This document shows positions 39,513 to 49,045 of a stretch of 64,000 nucleotides of DNA, one piece after another. How positions within the stretch are numbered: position 1 is the stretch's first letter; each line of letters begins with the position of its first letter. Origin of the DNA: an uncultured delta proteobacterium (GTDB lineage Bacteria > Myxococcota_A > UBA9160 > SMWR01); the NCBI GenBank assembly GCA_963832165.1, contig CAWHTE010000001.1, positions 416,001 through 480,000 of the forward strand. Reading direction: 5' to 3'. The position numbers and the translations under genes were made by a program. Under the pieces are notes generated by a model, which saw only the letters and a list, made by a program, of their open reading frames with translations, was not told the origin of the DNA and did no database searches.

Positions 39513-40472
39513 ATGACTCCCGAAGCGCTGCGCGCGGGTCTCGACGCGTGGGTCGGCCGCGAAGGCGAGCCCGCCGCCGCGCGAGACGCGGTGAACCCCG
39601 CGATGATCCGCCACTGGTGCGACGCCGTGGGCGACGACAATCCGGTTTATACCGATCGGGATTTCGCCGCGAAATCCGTGCACGGCGCCATCGTGGCCCC
39701 GCCCACGATGCTCCAGGCCTGGACGATGCGCGGCGTGCGCCCGCCGAAGCCGGCATCGACGCAGAAGGATCCGGTGTCCGAGGTGATGCATCTGCTCGAC
39801 ACGGCCGGCTACACGTCGGTGGTCGCGACCAACTGCCGCCAGGAATACCGCCGCTACCTGCGCGAGGGCGATCAGCTGAGCGTCGGCACGCGTGTGTCCA
39901 AGGTCTCCGACGAGAAGAAGACCGCGCTCGGCGTGGGGCGCTTCGTCGACGAAGAGATGATCTACCGCGATGCCGCGGGCGAGGAAGTCGCCCGGATGAC
40001 CTTCCGCATCCTGAAGTTCAAGCCGCCCGCGGCGAGCCAGGCGGCTCCCGCACCGGCAGCGGATCCGAAGCCGCGCCGTCGACCGCGCCCCGCGCGCTCG
40101 CAGGACAACGCCTTTTTCTGGGAGGGCGTCGCGGCCGGTGAGCTCCGCATCCAGCGTTGCACCGCTTGCCGTGCGCTGCGCCATCCGCCGGGCCCGATGT
40201 GTTCGCGCTGTCAGTCGCTCGACTGGGACTGGAGCGTCGCGAGCGGGCGCGGACACGTGTTCAGCTTCGTGGTGGCCCACCACCCGCCCGTGCCTCCGTT
40301 CACCTATCCGAACGCGATCGCGCTGATCGAGCTCGACGAGGGCACGCGGCTGGTGTCGAACCTCGTCGGGATCGATCCCGCGGACGTCGAGATCGGCACG
40401 CGCGTGCGCGTCGAGTTCACGCGCGTCGACGACGAGCTGGTACTCCCTCTGTTCCGGCCCGATTCCAACTGA
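39513..40472 (+). CDS. MaoC-like dehydratase fused to DUF35 Zn-ribbon/OB-fold (ChsH2-like)
   Basis: VNPAMIRHWCDAVGDDNP, APPTMLQAWTM, FFWEG and CTAC...CSRC. Confidence 0.9.
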   Translation: MTPEALRAGLDAWVGREGEPAAARDAVNPAMIRHWCDAVGDDNPVYTDRDFAAKSVHGAIVAPPTMLQAWTMRGVRPPKPASTQKDPVSEVMHLLDTAGYTSVVATNCRQEYRRYLREGDQLSVGTRVSKVSDEKKTALGVGRFVDEEMIYRDAAGEEVARMTFRILKFKPPAASQAAPAPAADPKPRRRPRPARSQDNAFFWEGVAAGELRIQRCTACRALRHPPGPMCSRCQSLDWDWSVASGRGHVFSFVVAHHPPVPPFTYPNAIALIELDEGTRLVSNLVGIDPADVEIGTRVRVEFTRVDDELVLPLFRPDSN

Positions 40473-40493
40473 AATTCCAATCGGAAGGAAGCC

Positions 40494-41612
40494 ATGGATT
40501 TCTCCCCCTCCGAAGAGCTCGTCGCGCTGCGCGATCTCGCGCGCCAGATCTTCGCCGATCGCGTGACCCACGAGCGCCTGCTCGCGCTCGAGAAGAGCGG
40601 CGAGTGGTTCGACAACGAGCTCTGGAGCGAGCTCGCGCGCGCGGGCCTCACCGCGCTCGCGATTCCCGAGGCGAACGGCGGCGGCGGTCTCGGCGCAGAG
40701 GAGCTCTGTGCGGTCTTCGAAGAGCTGGGCCGCCACACCGCACCGGTGCCGCTGTTCGCGACGGCGGTGCTGGGCGCGCTGCCGATCGCAGAGTTCGGCA
40801 CCGCGGAGCAGCGCGAGCGCTGGCTGCGCCCCGTGGCCGAGAGCGGTGCGGTGCTCTCCGCGGCGCTGCTCGAGTACGCGAGCAGCGAGCCGGGTGCGCC
40901 GCGCACGCGGGCCGTGCAGAGCGGTGGAGTGTGGCGGCTCGACGGCGAGAAGCACTGCGTGCCCGCCGCGGATCGCGCGAGCGCGATCCTGATTCCCGCG
41001 CGCACGCCCGAGGGCGTGACCGTCTTCGTGGTCGATCCGAACGCGGCCGGCGTGTCGCTCGAGGCGCAGGTGGCGACCCATCGCGAGCCGCAGTGGCGCG
41101 TGCAGCTCTCGAGCGCGCCCGCCGAGGAGGTGCTCGGTGCGCCGGGCCAGGGCGAGGCGATCGTCGCGTGGATCGCCGATCGCGCTGCGCTCGCGCTCGC
41201 GGCGATCCAGATCGGTGTCGCCGAGGAGGCCATGCGCCGGACCGCGCTCTACATCACCGAGCGCAAGCAGTTCGGCAAGGCGATCGCGACGTTCCAGGGG
41301 GTCACGCTGCGCGCGGCCGACGCGTGGATCGACGTCGAGGCGATGCGCAGCGTCGTGATGCAGGCGGCCTGGCGCGTGGCCGCGGGTCGGCCCGCCACCG
41401 CTGCGATCGCAACCGCGAAGTGGTGGGCCGCCGTGGCGGGCTCGCGCGTGGTGCACACGGCGCAGCATCTGCACGGCGGAATCGGGTCGGACCTCGAATA
41501 CCCGATCCACCGCTTCTTCCTCTGGTCGAAGCAGAACGAGCTCCTGTTCGGCGGCGCACGCCAGCAGGCGGCTCGACTCGGCGCCCATCTGCTGGGCGCG
41601 AACGCGGCCTAG
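40494..41612 (+). CDS. Acyl-CoA dehydrogenase partner subunit (ChsE1/FadE28-like)
   Basis: RKQFGKAIATFQ and HLHGGIG; lacks the usual SEP FAD motif, as partner subunits do. Confidence 0.85.
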   Translation: MDFSPSEELVALRDLARQIFADRVTHERLLALEKSGEWFDNELWSELARAGLTALAIPEANGGGGLGAEELCAVFEELGRHTAPVPLFATAVLGALPIAEFGTAEQRERWLRPVAESGAVLSAALLEYASSEPGAPRTRAVQSGGVWRLDGEKHCVPAADRASAILIPARTPEGVTVFVVDPNAAGVSLEAQVATHREPQWRVQLSSAPAEEVLGAPGQGEAIVAWIADRAALALAAIQIGVAEEAMRRTALYITERKQFGKAIATFQGVTLRAADAWIDVEAMRSVVMQAAWRVAAGRPATAAIATAKWWAAVAGSRVVHTAQHLHGGIGSDLEYPIHRFFLWSKQNELLFGGARQQAARLGAHLLGANAA

Positions 41613-41614
41613 GC

Positions 41615-42037
41615 GTGAGCGCCGTACACCGCCAGGCGACGCTGCGCTACGACGAGGTCCAGCCCGGCGATGCGCTACCCGCGCTCGAGGTTCCGATCAC
41701 GGCCACGGTGATCGTGTCGGGCGCGATCGCGTCGCGCGACTACCAGGACGTGCACCACGACGCCGAGCTCGCGCGCCAGCGCGGCTCGAAGGACATCTTC
41801 ATGAACATCCTGACCACGAACGGCTTCGTGGGCCGCTACGTCACGGACTGGGCCGGACCCGAAGCGCTGCTGCGCAGCGTGGACATCCGACTCGGCGCTC
41901 CGAACTATCCCGGCGACACGATGGTGTTTTCCGGCACGGTCGCCGCGAAGCGCGACGGCGTCGTGACGATCGCGGTGCGCGGTGCGAATCAGCTCGGCGA
42001 CCACGTGACGGGTCAGGTCGAGATCGCGCTGCCATGA
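41615..42037 (+). CDS. MaoC-family hydratase (ChsH1-like)
   Basis: SRDYQDVHHD, KDIFMNILT and YVTDWAGP. Confidence 0.9.
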   Translation: MSAVHRQATLRYDEVQPGDALPALEVPITATVIVSGAIASRDYQDVHHDAELARQRGSKDIFMNILTTNGFVGRYVTDWAGPEALLRSVDIRLGAPNYPGDTMVFSGTVAAKRDGVVTIAVRGANQLGDHVTGQVEIALP

Positions 42038-43218
42038 AATCGCTCGCGAGCCAGTTGAAGGACAAGGCGGCGATCGCCGGAATCGGTGCCACCGAGTTTT
42101 CGAAGGACTCGGGGCGCAGCGAGCTGCGCCTTGCGGTCGAGGCGGTCCTGGCCGCGCTCTCGGATGCGGGTCTCACACCCGCGGACGTCGACGGGATGGC
42201 GACGTTCACGATGGACAACAACCCCGAGATCGAGGTGAACCGCTACCTCGGCGGCGGCGACCTGCGCTTCTTCTCGCGCACGCACTACGGCGGCGGCGCC
42301 GCGTGCGCGCCGATCCTGCACGCGGCGATGGCCGTGGCCACGGGCGTGTGCGACGTGGTGGTGTGCTACCGCGCGATGAACGAGCGCTCGCAGCAGCGCT
42401 TCGGCATCGGCGTGCAGGACCGCCCGCCGGCTCCGCGGCCCGAGGAGATCCACTTCGGCTGGCATTCGCCCTACGGCCTGCTCACGCCCGCGTCCTGGGT
42501 CGCGATGAACGCGCAGCGCTACATGCACGAGTTCGGCGCCACCACCGAGGACTTCGGCCGCGTGTCGGTCGCCGATCGCAAGCACGCGGCCACGAATCCG
42601 GCCGCGTGGTTCTACGGCAAGCCGATCACGCTCGAAGATCATCAGAGCTCGCGCTGGATCGTCGAGCCGCTGCGCCTGCTCGATTGCTGCCAGGAGAGCG
42701 ACGGCGCGGTCGCGGTGGTGGTGACGAGCCTCGAGCGCGCGCGCGACCTGCGCCAGCCGCCGGTGCGGATCGCCGCGGCGGCACAGGGCGCCACCACCGA
42801 TCAGCAGATGATGACGCGCTACTACTCCGAGCAGATCACGGGGCTGCCCGAGATGGGACTCGTCGCCGGGCAGCTCTACGCCACCGCGGGGATCGGCCCC
42901 GCCGACGTGCAGACGGCGGTGCTCTACGATCACTTCACGCCCTTCGTGCTCCCGCAGCTCGAAGAGTTCGGGTTCTGCGGGCGAGGCGAGGCGAAGGACT
43001 TCGTGCGCGCGGGCGAGATCGAGCTCGGCGGGCGCCTGCCGATCAACACGCACGGCGGCCAGCTCGGCGAGGCCTACATCCACGGCATGAACGGGATCGC
43101 CGAGGGCGTGCGCCAGGTGCGCGGCACCTCGGTGAATCCGGTGCCGAACGTCGAGCACGTGGTCGTGACTGCGGGCACGGGCGTGCCGACGAGCGGGTTG
43201 ATCCTGGGCCGCGTCTAG
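42034..43218 (+). CDS. ltp2: Thiolase-like aldolase / lipid-transfer protein (Ltp2-like)
   Basis: GIGATEFSKDSGRSE, LLDCCQESDG, LYDHF and GGQLGEAYIHG. Confidence 0.88.
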   Translation: MKSLASQLKDKAAIAGIGATEFSKDSGRSELRLAVEAVLAALSDAGLTPADVDGMATFTMDNNPEIEVNRYLGGGDLRFFSRTHYGGGAACAPILHAAMAVATGVCDVVVCYRAMNERSQQRFGIGVQDRPPAPRPEEIHFGWHSPYGLLTPASWVAMNAQRYMHEFGATTEDFGRVSVADRKHAATNPAAWFYGKPITLEDHQSSRWIVEPLRLLDCCQESDGAVAVVVTSLERARDLRQPPVRIAAAAQGATTDQQMMTRYYSEQITGLPEMGLVAGQLYATAGIGPADVQTAVLYDHFTPFVLPQLEEFGFCGRGEAKDFVRAGEIELGGRLPINTHGGQLGEAYIHGMNGIAEGVRQVRGTSVNPVPNVEHVVVTAGTGVPTSGLILGRV

Positions 43219-43219
43219 G

Positions 43220-44170
43220 TCAACGATCGCCTTCGCGCTCGAGCTCTGCGAGAACCGCCAGCCGCAGCAGCGGCAGATTGATCTCGTGGTGACCGATCAA
43301 TTCGATCCCCCGCGCGACGGGTCGACCGATCACGTTCGCTCCCGTGCGGTAGTGGCGCTGCATGTCGAGGTTTGCGGAGACCACGTTGTCGATCCGATGC
43401 CCGTGATTGCGCGCGATCGAGACGAGCTTCAGGAATACCTCGGGCAGAACCACGGCGGAGCCGATGTTGATCCAGACGCCGTCTTCCAGCTCGGTGGTGA
43501 TCCTCGCCGCGATCCGGAAGTCGATGTGAGATGCCTCTCCCACCTCGGCGCCCGAGAGTGAGGGGTGCATGTGAACCGTGTCCGTACCGATCGCGACGTG
43601 GACGGTGATCGGAACGTCGAGGCGGGCGCACGCGGCGAGGATCGAGTGGCGCGCATAGGGGAGCTTCCCTGCGTCGAGCGCTATCGCGCGGCCCAGGCCG
43701 ATTCCCTCGCGAACACCGCGCGCGCAGGCGCGCGCGAATCCCTCGGCGGGTTCGCGCGCCCAGCCGAAGCTCCCGTCGCGGATCGTCTCATCGACGTACT
43801 CGCTCGTACGGCCCACGAGCGCGATCTCATAGTCGTGGATCGCGAACGCGCCGTTCACGACGAGGGCCGTGATGATCCCGCGCTCCATCAGGTCGATCAG
43901 CACAGGCCCGCAGCCGACCTTCACCACGTGTGCCCCCATCGCCGCCACGACGTGGCGGCCGGTGCGATGGCATTTCGCGATGACGGCCGCCAGGTCGAGT
44001 AGGTTTCGGGCACCGAGGAATTCGGGCAGCGACTCGAGCAGCTCGGCCACAGAGGCGCCCGGCGGAGCCGGCTCGCGAAAGCCGTCGACCGTGGTCTTGT
44101 GCGCCCGCTCCCGGATCGAGAGATCGCGGGAAGCGGCCAGATCGAGGGGTTCGGGCAGCTTGCGTTTCAT
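43220..44170 (-). CDS. Deoxyhypusine-synthase-like conserved protein
   Basis: MGAHVVKVG, NGAFAIHD, HVAIGTD, GSAVVLPEVFLK and GHHEI. Confidence 0.7.
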   Translation of the reverse strand: MKRKLPEPLDLAASRDLSIRERAHKTTVDGFREPAPPGASVAELLESLPEFLGARNLLDLAAVIAKCHRTGRHVVAAMGAHVVKVGCGPVLIDLMERGIITALVVNGAFAIHDYEIALVGRTSEYVDETIRDGSFGWAREPAEGFARACARGVREGIGLGRAIALDAGKLPYARHSILAACARLDVPITVHVAIGTDTVHMHPSLSGAEVGEASHIDFRIAARITTELEDGVWINIGSAVVLPEVFLKLVSIARNHGHRIDNVVSANLDMQRHYRTGANVIGRPVARGIELIGHHEINLPLLRLAVLAELEREGDR

Positions 44171-45039
44171 CCGATCGTCCCACCCGAGTATGCGGCAGCG
44201 CGTCCGTGGACCTTCCCAACTTCATCGCGCAGACGCCGAGCGACGTTGTATTTGCTGGTCGGCTTGCGCCCGGTGCTGCGCAGCGAATCGAGTTTGCGAC
44301 CCAGGCGGATCCACGGGCGCGGGTGCCGGAGGAAGACGTCGGGCGCAGCGGCGAGCCGTGCGCGGTTGGGATAGTGCTCCGCAGTTTCAGCGAACAAGCG
44401 GTCACGCACCTCCGGAGGGGACTTGCGCGAGAGATACCAGAGATACTGGATGATTTCGTGGCCGAGATACTCGTCGACGCGCGATCGCGATCGATAGACC
44501 ATCTCGAGGTCGAACCACAGGAACTCGTCGCCCACCACCATGACGTGTCCGAAGTCTCCATTCTCGTGCTGGAGGCGTGGCTCGCGCTCCGAGGACGCGA
44601 TGTCGTGACGGCGACCCCATTCTCCCAGAAACCGGCGGTAGGTGGCGAAGCGTTCCTCGAGCGAGCGGGAAGCATCGAGGAGGTGATCCTCGAGGGTCGG
44701 TGCGTCGACGAAACCGCACACGAGATAGCCCCCGGCGGGACAATTCGGCGCGATCACCTCGACGTCGTCGTGCCAGTCGAAGACGCGAAACCCGTGTCGG
44801 CTCCAGAGCTCGAGGCATTCCCTCTCGATCCTTCGGCGCGTCCTCGGCCGATAGGACGTTTGTCCGAGCAGGACGACGTTGTTGATCTCCTTCTGGAGGC
44901 GCTCCCACGGGCTCCGGCTGTCGTAGTAGACCTTGAGCATTGCCCAGCCGGTGCGGAATGGGATCTTGTACAGATAGTTCCCGTTCCGGTGGAACAGATA
45001 GGGAGCCAGGTCATCGAAGCGCAGGGTCTCTTTCATCAC
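44167..45039 (-). CDS. Atypical protein-kinase-like fold protein (paralog A)
   Basis: LKVY (beta3 Lys), RRRIE (alphaC Glu), HENGDFGHV and FDLE; ATGA overlap with the DHS-like gene. Confidence 0.6.
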   Translation of the reverse strand: MMKETLRFDDLAPYLFHRNGNYLYKIPFRTGWAMLKVYYDSRSPWERLQKEINNVVLLGQTSYRPRTRRRIERECLELWSRHGFRVFDWHDDVEVIAPNCPAGGYLVCGFVDAPTLEDHLLDASRSLEERFATYRRFLGEWGRRHDIASSEREPRLQHENGDFGHVMVVGDEFLWFDLEMVYRSRSRVDEYLGHEIIQYLWYLSRKSPPEVRDRLFAETAEHYPNRARLAAAPDVFLRHPRPWIRLGRKLDSLRSTGRKPTSKYNVARRLRDEVGKVHGRAAAYSGGTIG

Positions 45040-45080
45040 GAGCGCGGATTGATACCAAAGTCGGCGCTCCCGGGTCGGTC

Positions 45081-45911
45081 GTGAAGCCGAGCGGTCTCGT
45101 GATCGCCGACCGGGCGCCTCCGGGTGTTCGCTTGATCAGCGGTCCCGGGCGCTCCCGCTACGAGCGCGGCAACCTGCTGTTCCGCTGTACGGAGGCGGGT
45201 GGCGACGTGCTCTTGAAGGTCTATCGGCGGCGCAAGAGTGCGTGGAGCGACTTCTGGGGGACCGTCGCCGAGCGCTGGATCGAGCACAAACGCGGTGTCA
45301 GCGCGGCGCGACGCAGGGACACGGAGGCAGCCGGACTGGCGGCCTGGACCGCTGCCGGATTCGACGTGCCGCGGCCGCTCGACCGCGAGCGGCCGTCGTG
45401 GCTCGGCGACCATCCCTTCGTCGCGATGGAGTTCGTCGACGGACCGACCTTGCACGGGGTGCTGGAGGATCCGGCGCGCCCGCTCGCCGAGAAACGGGAG
45501 CTGATCGAACGGCTCGCGCGTGATCAATCGCGTCGGCATCGCTGCGCATTCGAGCGCGGAGAAACGCTGCTCATCCACGAGCACGCGATGACTCGACACG
45601 TGCTCGTGTCAGGAGAAGGGCGCCTCGTGACATTCGACCTCGAGCATGCCTACCAGGCGGATTTTCCGCTCCCGGTGGCTGTTGCGTACGAGCTCTCCTC
45701 CACCATACGCTCCCTCGAGCGAGGTGGTGAGACCTTCGTCGAGACTTTCGTCGCAAGCTACGCCGAGCCCGGGATCCTCGTGGACAGCTGTCGATTGTTC
45801 CGCTCGCCGACGATCGGTTGGAGGCTCTATCGTCGCTACGAGGCGCGCCAGCGCGGTGCCGGGTCGAAGACGGCCGCGATGGCGCGGCTCGCCGCCCGGG
45901 TGAAGGCTTAG
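45081..45911 (+). CDS. Atypical protein-kinase-like fold protein (paralog B)
   Basis: LKVY, RRDTE, GFDVPRP, MEFVDGPTL, HEHAMTRHV and FDLE; start uncertain. Confidence 0.6.
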   Translation: MKPSGLVIADRAPPGVRLISGPGRSRYERGNLLFRCTEAGGDVLLKVYRRRKSAWSDFWGTVAERWIEHKRGVSAARRRDTEAAGLAAWTAAGFDVPRPLDRERPSWLGDHPFVAMEFVDGPTLHGVLEDPARPLAEKRELIERLARDQSRRHRCAFERGETLLIHEHAMTRHVLVSGEGRLVTFDLEHAYQADFPLPVAVAYELSSTIRSLERGGETFVETFVASYAEPGILVDSCRLFRSPTIGWRLYRRYEARQRGAGSKTAAMARLAARVKA

Positions 45912-45919
45912 GAGTTCGA

Positions 45920-47233
45920 ATGCTCCGTCGAGGTCGAGCGAAGTGGGTTGCCGCCGTGGTTCTCGGCCTTCCGCTCGCGGCGGCCGCGGACTATCGGTTT
46001 TCTCCCGACGAGGGCGTCGAGTTCGAGGACACGGAGCGCGGTTTTCGAGCTGGCGTGGACGGGTTGTTCGCACTCGATGGCGTGTTCTACGACCGCCGCA
46101 ACGCGCGCGAGTCGGAGATCCGACTGGACCGCGCGCTTCTCGGCGCCACGGCCAGTTGGCGAGAGATCGTCGACTCACGAGTGATGTTCGATCTCACGGG
46201 GACAGACACCCACGACGGCGTCTGGGAAGCTTGGGCATCGGTGCGCAAAGCCCGGATTGCGCGGCTCTCTGCGGGTCTACTCCCGATCGCGCTCGGTGTC
46301 GAGGACAGATTCCAGGAAGGTGCGCGTTCGCTGGTCGGCTACCCGGGCTTCGCCTCGTTCCTCTCCGGCCGCACGGACCTCGCGGTCGAAGTCGACGGCG
46401 AGGTCGCGGAAGGACTGTTCTCCTACGATCTCTCGTACGCGTTCGGCGAGGGATTCGACCGCTTCGGGCAGCGCCGGGGGGATCCGCAGCTCGCAGCGCG
46501 CGCCGTCACCTATCCGTTGCGCTGGACGGACCTGAGCGTCGACGTCGGTCCATATCATCTGCCACTCCTGTCCGGCTTCTTCGTGAGCTACGGCCACGCG
46601 TGGCTGTCCGACTACGACGCTCATCTCGACGTCGCCACGCCGCTGCGCAACAAGCTCTTCGACTCGGGACGGCTGGACGGGCGCCGCGGGGAGACCTGGC
46701 AGCTCGGCTTCGGCGTGGATTTCGGGCCGCTGCGGATCGTCCACGAGACCGTGAAAGCGGGAATCACTGGCCTGCTGCTCCCCTCCGGCATCCGCGAAGA
46801 CATCGAGGACGACGAGATCACCTCCTGGCACGTACTCGTGGCGTGGCGCGTTACGGGTGAGCCGTACGACTCGCGGCCGTTCCGGCAGCGCGACCTGCGC
46901 AGGCCGACGCCACCGCGTCGGCCCATGGACGGCGAAGGCGACGGACGCGGATGGGGCGCTCTCGAGCTCGCGGTCCGCTATGCGAACGCCGACATCGATC
47001 GGGACTTTCAGACATTTGGGCTGATCGTGGCCCACCCCGTCGTGTCGGGGCCCGAGGGCTTCAGCTCGTCGCAGGAGTTCCGCACGCTCACGTTCGGAAT
47101 CAACTGGGATCCGACCGCCTATCTGCGCGTATCCGGCGAAGTCGTGCGGGTGATCGCGGACCAGCACCCTGTGGTGTTCGACTCGCACGGTCGCGACACT
47201 TCAGGGCTCATTCGCGTGCAGTACGCGTTCTGA
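45920..47233 (+). CDS. OprO/OprP-like porin
   Basis: Signal peptide, TGEP...WGALELAVRY, LTFGINW and C-terminal VQYAF. Confidence 0.75.
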   Translation: MLRRGRAKWVAAVVLGLPLAAAADYRFSPDEGVEFEDTERGFRAGVDGLFALDGVFYDRRNARESEIRLDRALLGATASWREIVDSRVMFDLTGTDTHDGVWEAWASVRKARIARLSAGLLPIALGVEDRFQEGARSLVGYPGFASFLSGRTDLAVEVDGEVAEGLFSYDLSYAFGEGFDRFGQRRGDPQLAARAVTYPLRWTDLSVDVGPYHLPLLSGFFVSYGHAWLSDYDAHLDVATPLRNKLFDSGRLDGRRGETWQLGFGVDFGPLRIVHETVKAGITGLLLPSGIREDIEDDEITSWHVLVAWRVTGEPYDSRPFRQRDLRRPTPPRRPMDGEGDGRGWGALELAVRYANADIDRDFQTFGLIVAHPVVSGPEGFSSSQEFRTLTFGINWDPTAYLRVSGEVVRVIADQHPVVFDSHGRDTSGLIRVQYAF

Positions 47234-47243
47234 CGCGCAGCGA

Positions 47244-48224
47244 TCAGAACTTGTAGCCGAGTGAAGCGAATGCGCGCGCGTCCGGCGCGCCGACGCCCCG
47301 GTTGTCCGGGACGCCGATCGATCCGCCGACCAGGATCAGCACGTGGCGATCGAAGCGGATCGCTGCACCGAGCTCGGCCGGCGCCTCGCGCGGCGTGTTG
47401 TAGAGGTTCGTCGCGCGCGTCCAGTGCGTCGCTTCGAAGACGAGCCAGAGATCATCGATGAAGATCTGCTTCGCGGCCCCCACCTTCATGTGAAGCTTGT
47501 CGTCGATCTTGAGCCGCTTCTGCTCGGTTCCCTGCAGGACCCCGCCGAATCCGGGGTCGACGAACCTCACCTCCGAGATGACCACGTCCCCCTCGATCCA
47601 CTCGTAATCGACCTGGGCGCCGATTCGGAAGCCTCCGAAATCCTTCTCGAGGATCAGTCCGCCGCCGCCGCCGAAATGCTCGTCATTGCTCAGAAAGTAT
47701 TTGTCCTCACCGGTGGGAGCCGTGCCCCAGCCGCGAATCGCGATGCCGAGCGGATCCTTCTCGCGATCGAGGAAGGTGATCTTGGTCTCGGCGCGGATGT
47801 CTCCGATCCGGCCGTCCGGAAGCTCGACCGCGGGCGGCGTGACGAACGCCGGATCGGTGGTACCCGGGTCGCGCCCGAATCCGTCCATCTGCAACGCGTA
47901 GGGGACGACGGCACCCAGACTGATTCCCCCGTTGTCCAGGAAGTTGACGATCCCGATCGACGCCACGCCGTGTACGAACGTCATGTCATCGATGTAGCCC
48001 TCGCGGATGTCCCGGAGGTCGAGCGGATTGTTCGACCAATCGATGTAGGCCCCGAAGAACGGATGTCCCGCGCGCAGATGGCGCGCACCGTTCATCGTGA
48101 CGTAGCCGAAGGAGTCGGTCGGCGGCTGGAAGTTCTGCGCGTTGAATCCCTCGTCGACTTGCGCGAGCACCGGCTGCACTATCGAGAGCACCGCCACCAA
48201 CGAGAACAGCGGGATCGGCCGCAT
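47244..48224 (-). CDS. Outer-membrane beta-barrel protein (like the N-terminal barrel of OmpA-type proteins, no peptidoglycan-binding domain)
   Basis: Signal peptide, FNAQNFQP, GDIRAETK, APTG and GVGAPDARAFASLGYKF terminus. Confidence 0.65.
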   Translation of the reverse strand: MRPIPLFSLVAVLSIVQPVLAQVDEGFNAQNFQPPTDSFGYVTMNGARHLRAGHPFFGAYIDWSNNPLDLRDIREGYIDDMTFVHGVASIGIVNFLDNGGISLGAVVPYALQMDGFGRDPGTTDPAFVTPPAVELPDGRIGDIRAETKITFLDREKDPLGIAIRGWGTAPTGEDKYFLSNDEHFGGGGGLILEKDFGGFRIGAQVDYEWIEGDVVISEVRFVDPGFGGVLQGTEQKRLKIDDKLHMKVGAAKQIFIDDLWLVFEATHWTRATNLYNTPREAPAELGAAIRFDRHVLILVGGSIGVPDNRGVGAPDARAFASLGYKF

Positions 48225-48264
48225 GAGACGCTCCTGTCGATTTGAAAGATCGACTTGGGAGCAG

Positions 48265-48280
48265 AGCAATTTCCGGACCA
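48265..48280 (-). promoter_or_regulatory. Candidate sigma54 promoter TGGTCCGGAAATTGCT
   Basis: GG-N10-GC spacing with TTGCT, 40 bp upstream of the beta-barrel ATG. Confidence 0.55.
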
Positions 48281-48376
48281 TCCCGGTCATCGGGGTCGAG
48301 ATTGAACGAACTTCACGAGTTAGCCGGGCCGCTGCACTTTCCAGCGGCGGTCCCGCAGTCGCGCTTTCGCTCGAAT

Positions 48377-49045
48377 CTACAAATTGCCCAGGATCCACTC
48401 TGCGACGCGCGCGCAGAGCTCGTCGAGTGCCTCTGAGTCGGTGCGTCCCGACCGCTTCAACACGTGGAACGAGTGGTCCGCGCCAGCGACGATGTGGAGC
48501 TGCGCGTTTTGGCCGAGCTCCTCGAGAACCGGCTGCAGCTCGCCGAGATCCGCGAGCGGATCGCGCGTGCCCTGGAGAAACAGCATCGGCACGTCCACAC
48601 CGCGCAAGTGGTCCGCGCGCGCGCGGCCTGGCTTGCCCGGCGGGTGCAGCGGAAAGCCGAAGAACGCGATCCCGCGCACGCCCGGAAGCGCGCGCTGCGA
48701 GGCCGCCGTGGAGGTCATGCGGCCGCCGAGCGACTTGCCGCCCGCGAAGAGCGGCAGCTCGGGCGCGGATTTCGCGGCGGTCTCGATCGCAGCGCGCACG
48801 GTGGCGGTGAGCACCGCGGGCGGATCGGGCGCGCGCCGGCCCGCCTCCATGTAGGGAAACTGGTAGCGGAATACGCCGATGCCCGCGGCGACGAGGCGCG
48901 TACTGACCGCCGCCATGAATGCGTGGTGCATTCCGGCGCCGGCTCCGTGCGCGAGTGCGACCAGCGCGCGTGCACCGCGCGGGCGATCGAGCAGTCCAGC
49001 GACCTCGCCGACGCGCTCCCCGACCCGTACGCGGAACTCGGTCAG
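48377..49045 (-). CDS. Alpha/beta hydrolase (KANL3/Tex30-like)
   Basis: LAHGAGAGM, GGKSLGGR, GFPLHPPGK, QGTRD and ADHSF; the N-terminus extends to CTG 49045, overlapping the upstream TGA. Confidence 0.85.
   Translation of the reverse strand: MTEFRVRVGERVGEVAGLLDRPRGARALVALAHGAGAGMHHAFMAAVSTRLVAAGIGVFRYQFPYMEAGRRAPDPPAVLTATVRAAIETAAKSAPELPLFAGGKSLGGRMTSTAASQRALPGVRGIAFFGFPLHPPGKPGRARADHLRGVDVPMLFLQGTRDPLADLGELQPVLEELGQNAQLHIVAGADHSFHVLKRSGRTDSEALDELCARVAEWILGNL

Noticed and set aside
39504..41588. 694-aa minus-strand ORF and similar long antisense ORFs (30821..33082, 13731..15497)
   Set aside because: Mirror frames of well-supported genes, caused by stop-codon scarcity at high GC3
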